A model generated the notes under the pieces. That model saw nothing but the letters and a program-made list of their open reading frames with translations, did no database searches and was not told the origin of the DNA. Made by a program: the position numbers and the translations under genes. From assembly GCA_018657525.1 (NCBI GenBank), contig JABHWZ010000009.1, positions 2,855 through 66,854 of the forward strand: 64,000 nucleotides of DNA. The letters run 5' to 3'. Origin of the DNA: an archaeon (lineage in GTDB: Archaea; Nanobdellota; Nanobdellia; Pacearchaeales; GW2011-AR1). Positions 37,193-46,864 of this stretch are shown here, piece after piece. Within the stretch, counting starts at the first letter, position 1; each line of letters opens with the position of its first letter.

Positions 37193-37867
37193 ATGGGAAT
37201 TGAGATAAGTAGAATTCCTCGAAAGAGGAGATTTTTTTTTGGGAATGGATTGAGCATCACTACTAATATTATTCTTTTGAATATTGTTTTGTTTTTTGTT
37301 TTTTCTATGCTTATTTTATTTGATGTTGTGTCGGTGGGTTTTATTGCAATCAAACCATCTAATATTTTGGCAGGCAGATATGTTTGGACTTTTTTGACTT
37401 CAATGTTTATGCATGTTGGATTTTTTCATTTATTTGCAAATATGCTTTCATTATTTTTCATTGGAGGATTGGTTGAAAAATTATTAGGTAAAAAAAGATA
37501 TCTTTGGTTTTATTTAATTGCAGGTTTGTTTGCTGGCTTATTTTTTGTGGGAATAAGTTATTTTTTGAAAACAGATTTAAACACTTTTGCCGTCGGTGCT
37601 TCTGGGGCGCTGTTTGGTTTAGTGGGTTTACTAATGTTATTAACTCCTAACCTTCCGGTTTATATTATGTTTATTCCAATTCCAATTAAAATGAAATATG
37701 CTGCTCCAGGAATTTTGGTGGTGTTATGGTTGATTTCAATTACAGGTAATGTTCCTATTGGTAATACTGCTCATCTTGGAGGTTTAATTTCTGGATTAGT
37801 TTATGGGATTTATTTAAGAAAAAAGTTTCCTCAAAAAACTAATTGGATTAATAATCATTTTCAATGA
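37193..37867 (+). CDS. Rhomboid family intramembrane serine protease
   Basis: TSMFMH..HLFANM, GASGA, AHLGG. Confidence 0.94.
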   Translation: MGIEISRIPRKRRFFFGNGLSITTNIILLNIVLFFVFSMLILFDVVSVGFIAIKPSNILAGRYVWTFLTSMFMHVGFFHLFANMLSLFFIGGLVEKLLGKKRYLWFYLIAGLFAGLFFVGISYFLKTDLNTFAVGASGALFGLVGLLMLLTPNLPVYIMFIPIPIKMKYAAPGILVVLWLISITGNVPIGNTAHLGGLISGLVYGIYLRKKFPQKTNWINNHFQ

Positions 37868-37900
37868 GCTAGTTTGGGAGGATATTTCAAGTCAGATAAT

Positions 37901-38494
37901 ATGGAAAATAAAAAGAGGTTTTGTTTGAAAGAGAAATATTTAGAAAGTTGGAATTATATTAAGGAGTGTAAAAATTTTATTTTGGTAGTGGTTGGTTTAT
38001 TTTTTGTATTTAGTTTAATTGGTTTTTTTATCCCCGCCTCTGCTGAAGTAGAGAATCAAATTTTGGAATTTCTTAAAGAGCTTTTAGAAAAAACTCAAGG
38101 GATGTCAGCATTTGGTTTAATGAAGTTTATCTTTTTTAATAATTTTCAAGCAAGTTTAACTGGGATTCTTTTTGGGGTTTTGTTGGGAATTTTTCCAGTG
38201 ATAGTTGCTTCTTTGAATGGGTACATTTTGGGCTTTGTTGCATCTAAGACCGTAAGTATAAATGGTATCTTTAGTCTTTGGAGGATATTGCCGCATGGTA
38301 TCTTTGAATTGCCGGCAGTTTTTATTTCTTTAGCGATGGGTATTAAATTGGGAACTTTTATTTTTGCTAAGAAAAAGTTGGAAGCTTGCAGAGATTTTTT
38401 TTGGAAGAGTATTAAAGTTTTTTTATTGATAGTAGTTCCGCTTTTATTTATTGCGGGGGTTATTGAGGGATTATTAATTGCTTTTGCTAGTTAG
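37901..38494 (+). CDS. SpoIIM/DUF95 family membrane protein
   Basis: IFFNN, NGYILG, LPHGIFELPA, AGVIE. Confidence 0.9.
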   Translation: MENKKRFCLKEKYLESWNYIKECKNFILVVVGLFFVFSLIGFFIPASAEVENQILEFLKELLEKTQGMSAFGLMKFIFFNNFQASLTGILFGVLLGIFPVIVASLNGYILGFVASKTVSINGIFSLWRILPHGIFELPAVFISLAMGIKLGTFIFAKKKLEACRDFFWKSIKVFLLIVVPLLFIAGVIEGLLIAFAS

Positions 38495-38556
38495 TTAGCT
38501 TTAAATATACTTATTTCTTAGATAATTTATACTAATAAAAGGAGGTTTTATAAAAA

Positions 38557-38742
38557 ATGTGGTGGAAAAAAACTGCTTTGGTTTTAGCAAATATTGGTGC
38601 TATTAACTGGGGACTTGTACAACTTAACTGGAATATTGTTGACAAGTTAATTGGTAGTTGGAGTGCGGGAACAGCAACAGTTGTTTACTGGCTTGTAGCT
38701 CTTTGTGGTATTTACGGGCTTGCTAAAGTGTTTCAAGAGTAA
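38557..38742 (+). CDS. DUF378 family small membrane protein
   Basis: IGAINWGLV..NIV; GGAGG SD. Confidence 0.85.
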   Translation: MWWKKTALVLANIGAINWGLVQLNWNIVDKLIGSWSAGTATVVYWLVALCGIYGLAKVFQE

Positions 38743-38852
38743 AACTAACTTGTTAAGAAATTTTCCCAATTGTATATTGGGATTTTTTATTTTTTTTAAA
38801 TTTTTGAAAATTGTATTTTGAAAGAATATACTAAATTAAAAGTTAAATACGT

Positions 38853-39062
38853 TTATTCTTTAAGGTCGCTGATTCCTAACATTATGAAGAGTAATCCGAT
38901 CATTATTACAAACCAGATTATTCCACCCTTTAGGAATTCCCATGCTGCTGTTCCGAAATTCAACGATACTCCTAATAAATTCCAGTTAGCTGAGTATCCC
39001 CAAACTGCAATAGCTGCAATTACTAGGACCAATCCTGCGAAAAGTTCTATCCATTTATTCAT
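38853..39062 (-). CDS. Small two-TM membrane protein
   Basis: Two hydrophobic segments ending GISDLKE. Confidence 0.7.
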   Translation of the reverse strand: MNKWIELFAGLVLVIAAIAVWGYSANWNLLGVSLNFGTAAWEFLKGGIIWFVIMIGLLFIMLGISDLKE

Positions 39063-39147
39063 TGTAATATAACTGATTTTTTTTTGTTTAAAAACATTGT
39101 GTTGGTGAAATAGGTAGTTTTAAAAATAGGAGAATTGTTAAAAAAAC

Positions 39148-39201
39148 ATGAATAATCAATTATCTTGGTTGCAGAAAGCAGTGGCTATCCCTAATTGTTA
39201 A
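39148..39201 (+). CDS. Putative 17-aa leader peptide upstream of dhs
   Basis: MNNQLSWLQKAVAIPNC; TTTAAAAA about 22 nt upstream. Confidence 0.35.
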   Translation: MNNQLSWLQKAVAIPNC

Positions 39202-39226
39202 TTTATTCGGAATTCTTTTATTTAAA

Positions 39227-40156
39227 ATGAAAAAAGTTAAAGATTTTTTTTGGAAACAAAATATGACTGTGAAAGAGCTTATAATGGGGTTTGATAGTTT
39301 AGGTTATCAGGCTTCAGAATTGGCAGAGGCTGAAAAAGTTATTTTAAAAATGAAGCGTGGTGGTGCAAAAGTTTTTTTGACTTTTACTTCAAATATGGTG
39401 ACTTCTGGATTGAGGGGTTTTTTTGCTCAGCTTTGTAAATTTAAGATACCGGATATTTTAGTGACAACTTCAGGTTCAATTGAAGAAGATATTATGAAGG
39501 CTTTGGGAGAGGGATTTGAATTGGGGAGCTTTAATGCTGACGATACTGCATTGCATGAGCGCGGTGAGAATCGAGTTGGCAATTTAATTATTCGTAATGA
39601 AAGTTATATGAAATTTGAGGATAAAATTTCCCAAATTCTTGAGAAGATTTATGTTAAGAAAAAAAGAATTATGTCTTCTGAATTGTTAAAAGAAATTGGT
39701 TTGCAGTTAGGTGATGAAGATTCTATTTTATTTCAGGCAGCTAAAAATAATATTCCTATTTATTGTCCAGGAATTGCTGATTCTAGTTTTGGATTTCAGT
39801 TATTTATGTTTCAGCAAAAGCATTCGGATTTCATTGTTGATACGATTCAGGATATGCAGAGAGTTGTTAGTGATTTGAGTTTTGATGAGAAAAAAGGTTT
39901 GATTAGTTTGGGAGGAAGTATCTCAAAACATTATGCTGTTTTTGCAGCTTTGCTTTCTGGGGGATTTGATTATGCAGTTTATATGACAACTTCTAGCTCT
40001 CAATCTGGTTCAATGTCTGGAGCTACAACTCAAGAAGCAAAGTCTTGGGGAAAGCTTAAAGATGATGGAGAAGCAGCTACAGTTAAGGGAGATGTTACAA
40101 TTACTTTTCCGTTGGTGATGTGTAGTGTTTTGGATGAATTGGAGGGGATGGAATGA
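39227..40156 (+). CDS. dys: Deoxyhypusine synthase family protein
   Basis: FTSNMVTSGLR, EEDIMK, NRVGN, GGSISKH, GSMSGA..EAKSWGK with catalytic Lys. Confidence 0.93.
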   Translation: MKKVKDFFWKQNMTVKELIMGFDSLGYQASELAEAEKVILKMKRGGAKVFLTFTSNMVTSGLRGFFAQLCKFKIPDILVTTSGSIEEDIMKALGEGFELGSFNADDTALHERGENRVGNLIIRNESYMKFEDKISQILEKIYVKKKRIMSSELLKEIGLQLGDEDSILFQAAKNNIPIYCPGIADSSFGFQLFMFQQKHSDFIVDTIQDMQRVVSDLSFDEKKGLISLGGSISKHYAVFAALLSGGFDYAVYMTTSSSQSGSMSGATTQEAKSWGKLKDDGEAATVKGDVTITFPLVMCSVLDELEGME

Positions 40157-41199
40157 CTGCTCCTAAATTTATTCTATCTAAGTCAAAACTTTTAGAACAA
40201 TATAATAAATTAAAAGAACTTGGTTTGAAAGTTTCGTATTCTTATAAGACAAATCACGAAGTTGGAAAAGTTTTGCAAGAGTTGGAGGGGGCAGAGGATT
40301 GTGAATTTTCAATTCATGCTTTTGAGGAGATTGAAGATATTAAAGATAAATCTAAAATTAGTTTTTTTACTCAGGCAGAGAATAAAGAAGAGTTGAAATT
40401 GTTATTGGAGAAAGGAATTAGAAATTTTGTTGTGGATAATGAAATTGATTTAAGAAGGTTATTGAAAGTGGTTGAAAGTTTTGGAGAGAAAATTAATTTA
40501 AGTTTGCGGATGAAATTTCAAGAACATCGAATTGGAACTGGAAAGTATTTTGTTTATGGAATGTCTGCTGGAAAAGTTAATGAATTATTGAATAAAATTA
40601 AGGCTAATCCTTTGATTGAAAAACTGGGAGTTCATATTCATAGAAAAAGTCAGAATGTTAGTGAGTGGTTAATTCTAGATGAATTGAAAGATTCTTTGGG
40701 TGAGGAAATTTTAAGAAGAATTGATTTTGTTAATTTGGGAGGAGGATTGCCAGTTAAATATAGAAGTTATACAGGAAAGGCAGATGATTATATTTTTGAA
40801 AAAATTAGAGAAGTTGTGGATTGGTCGAATAAAAAAAATATTCAAACTATTATTGAGCCGGGAAGATTTTTGGCAGCTCCTGCAATTCAATTAGAAACTG
40901 AGATTATTCAGATTCAAGAAAAAAATTTAATTATAAATACTACAATTTATAATTGTGCGGTGGATAATGTTTTAACTGGGACAAAAATGTTAGTTGAGGG
41001 TGAATTAGATGAAGTTGAGGAGGGAAATTATTATTTGATTAAAGGAAATTCTCCCACAAGAGATGATATTTTCCGATATAGGGTTAAATTGAAAAATCCA
41101 AAGGTTGGAGATAAAATTATTTTCTTAAATGCGGGAGCCTACAATTATACTACTGATTTTTTTGGTTATAAAAAATTAAAAACAGAGATTAAAGAATAG
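40153..41199 (+). CDS. Fold-type III PLP-dependent decarboxylase (Orn/DAP/carboxynorspermidine family)
   Basis: YSYKTN, HIH, NLGGG, EPGRFL, GAY; ATGA overlap with dys. Confidence 0.85.
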   Translation: MTAPKFILSKSKLLEQYNKLKELGLKVSYSYKTNHEVGKVLQELEGAEDCEFSIHAFEEIEDIKDKSKISFFTQAENKEELKLLLEKGIRNFVVDNEIDLRRLLKVVESFGEKINLSLRMKFQEHRIGTGKYFVYGMSAGKVNELLNKIKANPLIEKLGVHIHRKSQNVSEWLILDELKDSLGEEILRRIDFVNLGGGLPVKYRSYTGKADDYIFEKIREVVDWSNKKNIQTIIEPGRFLAAPAIQLETEIIQIQEKNLIINTTIYNCAVDNVLTGTKMLVEGELDEVEEGNYYLIKGNSPTRDDIFRYRVKLKNPKVGDKIIFLNAGAYNYTTDFFGYKKLKTEIKE

Positions 41200-41233
41200 A
41201 AATAATTAAAAAGTTTATGGAGTTAATAAAATA

Positions 41234-41572
41234 ATGAAGAAAGATGAAAATTTTAGGACGGGATGTTATGCGATTCCTACTAAGCAGGGCTATGATATTG
41301 GATTTATTGAGGGGGATAAAGATCGTTTCGGGGAGTATTTAGTTAGATTTGGTGATGATCATAAACCAGTTTGTAATTGTCGTTTAAAGAGGTCTATTTT
41401 TTTGGGAGATAGAGGGGGGATAGTAATTCCTGATAATAGGTTTCTTTTAGAATTTACTTTGAGGAATGGAGGATTTGAAAGTTTTTGTCCTGAAAGTGGA
41501 GGAGTAATTATCCCTAGTTGGGGCGTTGAGGATTTAGGTGAAATATCGGAAGACTTTCGTGAGATGATTTAA
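41234..41572 (+). CDS. Hypothetical protein
   Basis: 112-aa ORF. Confidence 0.55.
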   Translation: MKKDENFRTGCYAIPTKQGYDIGFIEGDKDRFGEYLVRFGDDHKPVCNCRLKRSIFLGDRGGIVIPDNRFLLEFTLRNGGFESFCPESGGVIIPSWGVEDLGEISEDFREMI

Positions 41573-41611
41573 ATTAGGAATACTTAAATATGCTTTATTC
41601 TAGGTGAATTG

Positions 41612-42655
41612 ATGTTAACTGAAGAACAATTCAATGAGATTAGAGAACATTTGCAGGAAGCCCAGAATCCTGTTTTTTTTTATGATAGCGATGCTGATGG
41701 GCTTTCAAGTTTTGTTTTGTTAGCTAAATGGTTGGGGAAGGGATATGGGGTGGTCATTAAAGATTTTCGTGATATGTGGGAACATTATTTGAACAAAGCA
41801 GAACAATTGGGTGCAGATTGTATTTTTTGTTTAGACTTGCCCTATTTAAATAAAGAATTTGTGGATGCTGTTAATGAAAAGAATTTAAAATTAGTTTCAA
41901 TAGATCATCATGATACTGAAAAATTGAAGGGGTTAGAGTTTGAGTATAATACTTTTCACGAAAGCGGGAAAAATGAATCTGTTGCAGAATTGTGTTATGA
42001 AGTTACGCAGCAGAAAAAAGATATGTGGATTGCAGTTGTGGGTTGTGTTGCTGATGTGAAGATGCCTAGTTTTTTTGAAGAATTTGCAAAAGAAAATCCC
42101 GAGTGGATTGATTGTGAATATGAAACTGCTTTTGATGTTAGATATAAATGTCGGTTGGGGAAATTGATAGATGTTTTTAATTTTGGTTTGAAGGATACTA
42201 CTACTAATGTGGTGAGGTTACAGAAATTTTTAATTAAGGCACAGTTTCCTTCAGAGGTTTTAGAAGAGAATCCTAAGACTAAAACTTTTTTAGATAAGTA
42301 TGATTTTTTGAATAAAATTATTAAAAAGCTTGTTGTTAAGGCAGAGAAGAAAATTGATATTGAAAAAAAATTATTGTTTTTTACTTATGGTGGCACAACA
42401 GGTGTTAGCCAGCATTTGTCTGATCGTTTAATGTATAGGAATCCTGGGATTACAATTGTTTTGGGTTATAATAGCGGAGGCGAGAAAATAAAATTTTCTT
42501 TGAGGGGCAATCCTGTTAATGTAAGGGAAGTTGTTCTGAAAGCTATTGAAGGATTAGAGGGAGCAGGAGGAGGAGGACATAAGTTTTCTTCGGGGGCCCA
42601 AATTTGTATGAGTGATTTAGATTTATTCAGAGAAAGAGTTGAGAATTTAGTTTAA
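41612..42655 (+). CDS. DHH/DHHA1 family phosphoesterase
   Basis: DSDADG, LD, IDHH, SLRG, GGGGH. Confidence 0.9.
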   Translation: MLTEEQFNEIREHLQEAQNPVFFYDSDADGLSSFVLLAKWLGKGYGVVIKDFRDMWEHYLNKAEQLGADCIFCLDLPYLNKEFVDAVNEKNLKLVSIDHHDTEKLKGLEFEYNTFHESGKNESVAELCYEVTQQKKDMWIAVVGCVADVKMPSFFEEFAKENPEWIDCEYETAFDVRYKCRLGKLIDVFNFGLKDTTTNVVRLQKFLIKAQFPSEVLEENPKTKTFLDKYDFLNKIIKKLVVKAEKKIDIEKKLLFFTYGGTTGVSQHLSDRLMYRNPGITIVLGYNSGGEKIKFSLRGNPVNVREVVLKAIEGLEGAGGGGHKFSSGAQICMSDLDLFRERVENLV

Positions 42656-43085
42656 TTTTTACTTCTTTAAAGTACTCTGGTTTTTACGAAAGATATTTAA
42701 ATAATAAAATCTTGAATTGAATATGAGTAATAGATTAACGTTGATGGCATGGAATAGTTTTTTTGACTTAGTCTATACTAACTGTATTAAACATTAAATT
42801 CAATTCATTGTTTCTGGGGTCTGAATTGAAGGAGATGTTTTATTTCTACTTGATTTAGATTTTAAGAAGATTTGTTTTGAATTTGCAAAAAATAATGGAA
42901 CAAAAAATGCAAATGATGGAGCTAGGACTTGAGAGAGAACTTAACCAGCTTATGGAAGTTACTCTTAAGTTAGAATGTGAGCTTGAATTAGCTGTTGCTC
43001 TACGAGAATAATTGAAATAGAAAAGAAGTCAGCTAATCTTTAGGATTTAGTATGCTTTATAAACTATATTCTTAAATATTATTTT

Positions 43086-43514
43086 ATGAAAGATAAAGAT
43101 TATTTCATAATGGACCAAGCGAATATACCTTATGGCGCAATAACTTGTTCTTTGTCGACTAGAGTCGACATCCTTGAGATGGCCTATTCAACAAAAAATT
43201 GGGAAAAAATTACTTCTTCTTTTCCCTTACTCACAGAACGTTTTAATAGGTTAGTCAAATTATATGAAAAGGTTGGAGATCTTTCCAAGTATGATTCGAT
43301 TCATGGAGGCGATATAATGAGGGAAATTGCAGTAAGGGCAATTCCAGATTTGGGAGCAGCTATTTGGGGATTTGAAATTGCTTTAAATGAGAAAGAATGT
43401 TCAGAGGAGTTGGAAATTTTATCTAAAACAATTTCTAGATTAAATTCTTTGGCAGCTTGTTTTAGGGAGCTTCCAATGTATAAAAATTATAGAGCTGAAT
43501 TAGCTAAAAAATAG
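43086..43514 (+). CDS. Hypothetical protein
   Basis: 142-aa ORF after TTTATAAA. Confidence 0.55.
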   Translation: MKDKDYFIMDQANIPYGAITCSLSTRVDILEMAYSTKNWEKITSSFPLLTERFNRLVKLYEKVGDLSKYDSIHGGDIMREIAVRAIPDLGAAIWGFEIALNEKECSEELEILSKTISRLNSLAACFRELPMYKNYRAELAKK

Positions 43515-43515
43515 A

Positions 43516-44958
43516 TTAATATGTTTTACCACAATAAACCCAGTAGTCTGCTTGTTTGTTGCAAATTATGCATTTTTTATTTTTTACTGGATTGTTTTCA
43601 GGATCAATGAATAATGTTTTTCCTCCGCTTGTTTCTGCTTTTAGGTGGTCTTCACATGTTGGATTTTTACACATGGGCACCATTACGATTTTTTGTTTTT
43701 GTATTAATTTGATTAATTCTTTTTTATTTTCTGTTTTTGTTTTTGCATTTTCTAAACTTTTTTTGGCAGTTTCATAAAGCTCTGTTTGCATTTTTTCTAA
43801 TAATTTTGGAATTTCTTTTTTTAAGTCTTTTATTTTAATTGCCACTTTTTCTCCGGTGTTTCTCTTGGCAATTATTACTTCTTGCTTTTCTAAATCTCTT
43901 GGCCCTAATTCAATTCTTAGGGGAATTCCTTTTAATTCCCATTCATTGAATTTATATCCTGGAGTTACTTCTAATCTTTTGTCTAGTATTGGATTGAATT
44001 TATTTAGTGCTTTTGATATTTCTTTAGCTTTCTTTAATACTTTTTTTTCTTGTTCAAATCTTACTGGAATTATGACTATCTTGTTTGGTGCAATTTGCGG
44101 GGGCAAGACAATTCCTTTGTTGTCTGAATGTAATGCTAACATTCCTCCAAGTTCTCTTGTTGAAATTGCGTGTGTGTTTTGCCAGACGAATTGTTCTTTC
44201 CCTTCTTTATTTTTGAATTTTACATCATATGCTTTAGCGAATTTTTGTCCGTCGTGGTGGAAGCAAGTATTTTCTAGAACTTTCCCATTTTGTAAATAGG
44301 TGTGGTTTTTTTCTGAGAAAATTGCTCCTGCAAATTTTTCTTTATCTGTTTTTTTTCCGTAGATTGCTGGAACTGCCATTAAATTTTTGGTTACTTTTGA
44401 ATAAGCTTGCATTACTTTTTTTCCGTGTTCTAGTGCTTTCTTTTCTGTTTCAAAACAAGTGTGGGTTTCGTTCCATAAGAATTCTCTTCCCCTAAAAAAT
44501 GGTACTGGGTTGTTTGTGTCCCATCTTATTACGTTGTTCCATTGATTTAATAAAAGGGGTAAATCTCTCCAACTTCTAATCCATTTTGAATAAGAATCAT
44601 ACATTATTGCTTCTGATGTTGGTCGAAACGCTAATCTTTCTGGAAGTTTTGTGTTTCCTGCCTCTGTTACCCAAGCCACTTCTGGAGAAAATCCCTTCAC
44701 AAAATCTTTTTCTTTTTGAAATAATGATTCAGGAATTAGGACCGGGAAGTAACAATTTTGAATTCCTATTTTTTTGAATTCTTTATCTATTTCTTCTTTT
44801 ATTTTTTCCCAAAGAGTATAAGCAGCAGGTCGATAAATTATGAATCCTGAAACTTTTGAGTATTCAGCTAATTCTGCTTTTTGCATTAATTGAATAAACC
44901 ATTCTGTAAAGTTTTCTTCTTTTTTTATTGTAATTCCTTCTTGGTTTTTCTTCCCCAT
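43516..44958 (-). CDS. proS: Proline--tRNA ligase (archaeal/eukaryotic type)
   Basis: RPTSE, SWRDLPL, RGREFLWNE, EKFAGA, PGYKFNEWELKGIPLRIE, terminal Tyr. Confidence 0.96.
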   Translation of the reverse strand: MGKKNQEGITIKKEENFTEWFIQLMQKAELAEYSKVSGFIIYRPAAYTLWEKIKEEIDKEFKKIGIQNCYFPVLIPESLFQKEKDFVKGFSPEVAWVTEAGNTKLPERLAFRPTSEAIMYDSYSKWIRSWRDLPLLLNQWNNVIRWDTNNPVPFFRGREFLWNETHTCFETEKKALEHGKKVMQAYSKVTKNLMAVPAIYGKKTDKEKFAGAIFSEKNHTYLQNGKVLENTCFHHDGQKFAKAYDVKFKNKEGKEQFVWQNTHAISTRELGGMLALHSDNKGIVLPPQIAPNKIVIIPVRFEQEKKVLKKAKEISKALNKFNPILDKRLEVTPGYKFNEWELKGIPLRIELGPRDLEKQEVIIAKRNTGEKVAIKIKDLKKEIPKLLEKMQTELYETAKKSLENAKTKTENKKELIKLIQKQKIVMVPMCKNPTCEDHLKAETSGGKTLFIDPENNPVKNKKCIICNKQADYWVYCGKTY

Positions 44959-44959
44959 A

Positions 44960-45286
44960 TTATTGTTTGTCTTTTTGTTTATTTAAATTCTTTGGATTGT
45001 AGAATGCTTGCCATAAAATATCTATTTTTTTAAAGAAGTATCTATGTTGGTTGATAAGACCTTCTTGGATTAGGTGCTGGGTGAATATTTTTTCTCCTGT
45101 TCTTGAATGGGCTTTTGATATTTTTTGAAGTTGATTTTTTAATTCTGTGGAGTATTGGTGTAAATTAGATTCCCAATGAGTTGTATAATCATAAACACAA
45201 ATTGAGAATTTATTTTCTAGAAAGGTTTGTTCTAGTTTAGAGGCACAGCTATATTGATTTAGGAAAACATTCACGTGTTGTAACAC
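44960..45286 (-). CDS. Hypothetical protein
   Basis: ORF abutting proS; start uncertain. Confidence 0.4.
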   Translation of the reverse strand: MLQHVNVFLNQYSCASKLEQTFLENKFSICVYDYTTHWESNLHQYSTELKNQLQKISKAHSRTGEKIFTQHLIQEGLINQHRYFFKKIDILWQAFYNPKNLNKQKDKQ

Positions 45287-45338
45287 CAGTGTTTCTGCTC
45301 TTCATGTTTTTAGAATTAAATTTATGTTTATAAAGTTT

Positions 45339-45557
45339 GGGGTTCTTTTTTCAAAAAAAGTAGCGAACGAGTCGCTTCGAGTTCTCCTCCTTCGTCGGAA
45401 AAAAGAACCTACAGTGGTAGAAAATGGGTTTTTCTTTTAGAAAAAGAATAACCACAGTGTAAAAGAAGACTAAAATTGAAATCTTATTCAAGATTTGTGA
45501 GTTAGAATTTTCTTCTTTTTGCCTCCTACAGAAAATTCCCATGAGGGTTTTTCTTTT
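45339..45557. repeat. Intergenic hairpin repeat, family E copy 2, with nested insert
   Basis: Aligns with 8636-8765 and 61570-61685; extra 38 bp at 45361-45398 flanked by AAAAAAG direct repeats. Confidence 0.88.
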
Positions 45558-45580
45558 CAAATTATAAAATGCAATTTATT

Positions 45581-46228
45581 TTATTTGGAAAATAATGTGG
45601 GGTTTTCTTTTTGTATGTCTTTAATTATTCCATTGAAAATTAGTGTCTTTTTTGTTTTGAGGTAGATGTATGCAATTGAGGAGGAGATTACTGCCCCAAT
45701 TGTGTCAATTATTAGGTCGCCCATCGTGTCTATCAATCCTGATTTTTGCATATTGAATCCGAAAACTTGATCCATTGTAAATTCGAATATTTCCCAGATT
45801 GCTCCAATTGCTATTGCAAATGAGAATGAAAAGATTGCTAGTGTCCATGACCTTGCTTTTATTCCTTGTCTGCTAGCTAGATAGTAGATTACTATGAATC
45901 CTATAAATCCAAATATTATTGCTGAGCCTGCATGAAGAAGTAAGTCCCACCACCAAAATATGTTATAGAAATCATGGATCTCCCCTAGGAAGAGAGTTGC
46001 ATAAATAAAGAGAGTAATTAATAATTCTATTTCTGTGGGAGTTTTTATTTTGTATGTTTTTTTTGCTATCCACGGAAGAAGGGTTAATAGAAATGTTAGT
46101 CCTGCTACAAAAAGTATTGTCCATTGTGATCTTATAGTAGCGAAGATGATAGCGTAGAATAATGTGGTTAAAAGTATAAGGGATATTAACTTGTATAATT
46201 TTTTTATGGAGAGGTGATATTTATTCAT
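45581..46228 (-). CDS. Multi-pass membrane protein (DUF2238/YjdF-like)
   Basis: FYNIFWWWDLLLH, AIWEIFEF..D, DTMGDL. Confidence 0.75.
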   Translation of the reverse strand: MNKYHLSIKKLYKLISLILLTTLFYAIIFATIRSQWTILFVAGLTFLLTLLPWIAKKTYKIKTPTEIELLITLFIYATLFLGEIHDFYNIFWWWDLLLHAGSAIIFGFIGFIVIYYLASRQGIKARSWTLAIFSFSFAIAIGAIWEIFEFTMDQVFGFNMQKSGLIDTMGDLIIDTIGAVISSSIAYIYLKTKKTLIFNGIIKDIQKENPTLFSK

Positions 46229-46377
46229 GGTATACTTAAGGTTTTAGGGTTAAAAAGATTTTTGATTGTTTAGATAGCCATTTAAAATTATTGAATGTAT
46301 GGTTTTTGTCTTGCAAATATAAGTTTGTAGCAAAGGAAAGATATTTTAAAGGGTAAATTAGATGTTTATAATATGTT

Positions 46378-46449
46378 GGGCCTATATTTCAATGGATAGA
46401 ATAACAGGTTTCGGCCCTGTTGATCGAGGTTCGAATCCTCGTAGGCTCA
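46378..46449 (+). tRNA. tRNA-Arg(TCG)
   Basis: GGGCCTA/TAGGCTC acceptor; ACAGG-TTTCGGC-CCTGT anticodon arm; A20 in D-loop; CGAGG-TTCGAAT-CCTCG. Confidence 0.88.
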
Positions 46450-46451
46450 TT

Positions 46452-46601
46452 GAGGATCTGAACCTCGTCCTCACTTTGTTGCGGATGAGACTCTTCCGCT
46501 GAATTGGAAAATCTCATAGTCACTTTGTTCTCAACAAGTTGGATGAGACTCTTCCGCTGAATTGGAAAATCTCATAGAGGATCGAAGCTTTGTAGGCTCA
46601 T
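46452..46601 (+). repeat. Tandem hairpin insert plus degenerate copy of tRNA-Arg(TCG) 3' end
   Basis: GGATGAGACTCTTCCGCTGAATTGGAAAATCTCATAG twice (46483-46519, 46542-46578), then GAGGATCGAAGCTTTGTAGGCTCATT. Confidence 0.85.
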
Positions 46602-46630
46602 TTGGGATCCAAAGGAAAAATAGTATTAAA

Positions 46631-46792
46631 ATGAAAAAATGTCCGGCGTGTAATAGTTCTAGAATAACTTCTTCAGAAGATGGAATGAGTTGTAAAAGGT
46701 GTGGTTATACAAATAAAAAGAATGATAATTTGAATGAGGATTTGGGGAAGGGAAATGGGGGGAAGTTTTTGGGCTCTCTGAAAATTTGTTGA
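46631..46792 (+). CDS. Small zinc-ribbon protein
   Basis: MKKCPACNS..CKRCGY. Confidence 0.65.
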   Translation: MKKCPACNSSRITSSEDGMSCKRCGYTNKKNDNLNEDLGKGNGGKFLGSLKIC

Positions 46793-46864
46793 AAAGAGGA
46801 TTATTAATTTTAAAGTAGTAAATTAATCGAAAGCTTTATAAAGTATTTATTTATCTGCTTTTGT

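Noticed and set aside
42720..43040. Possible degraded gene
   Set aside because: Only short broken ORFs with no recognisable similarity; a pseudogene call cannot be supported
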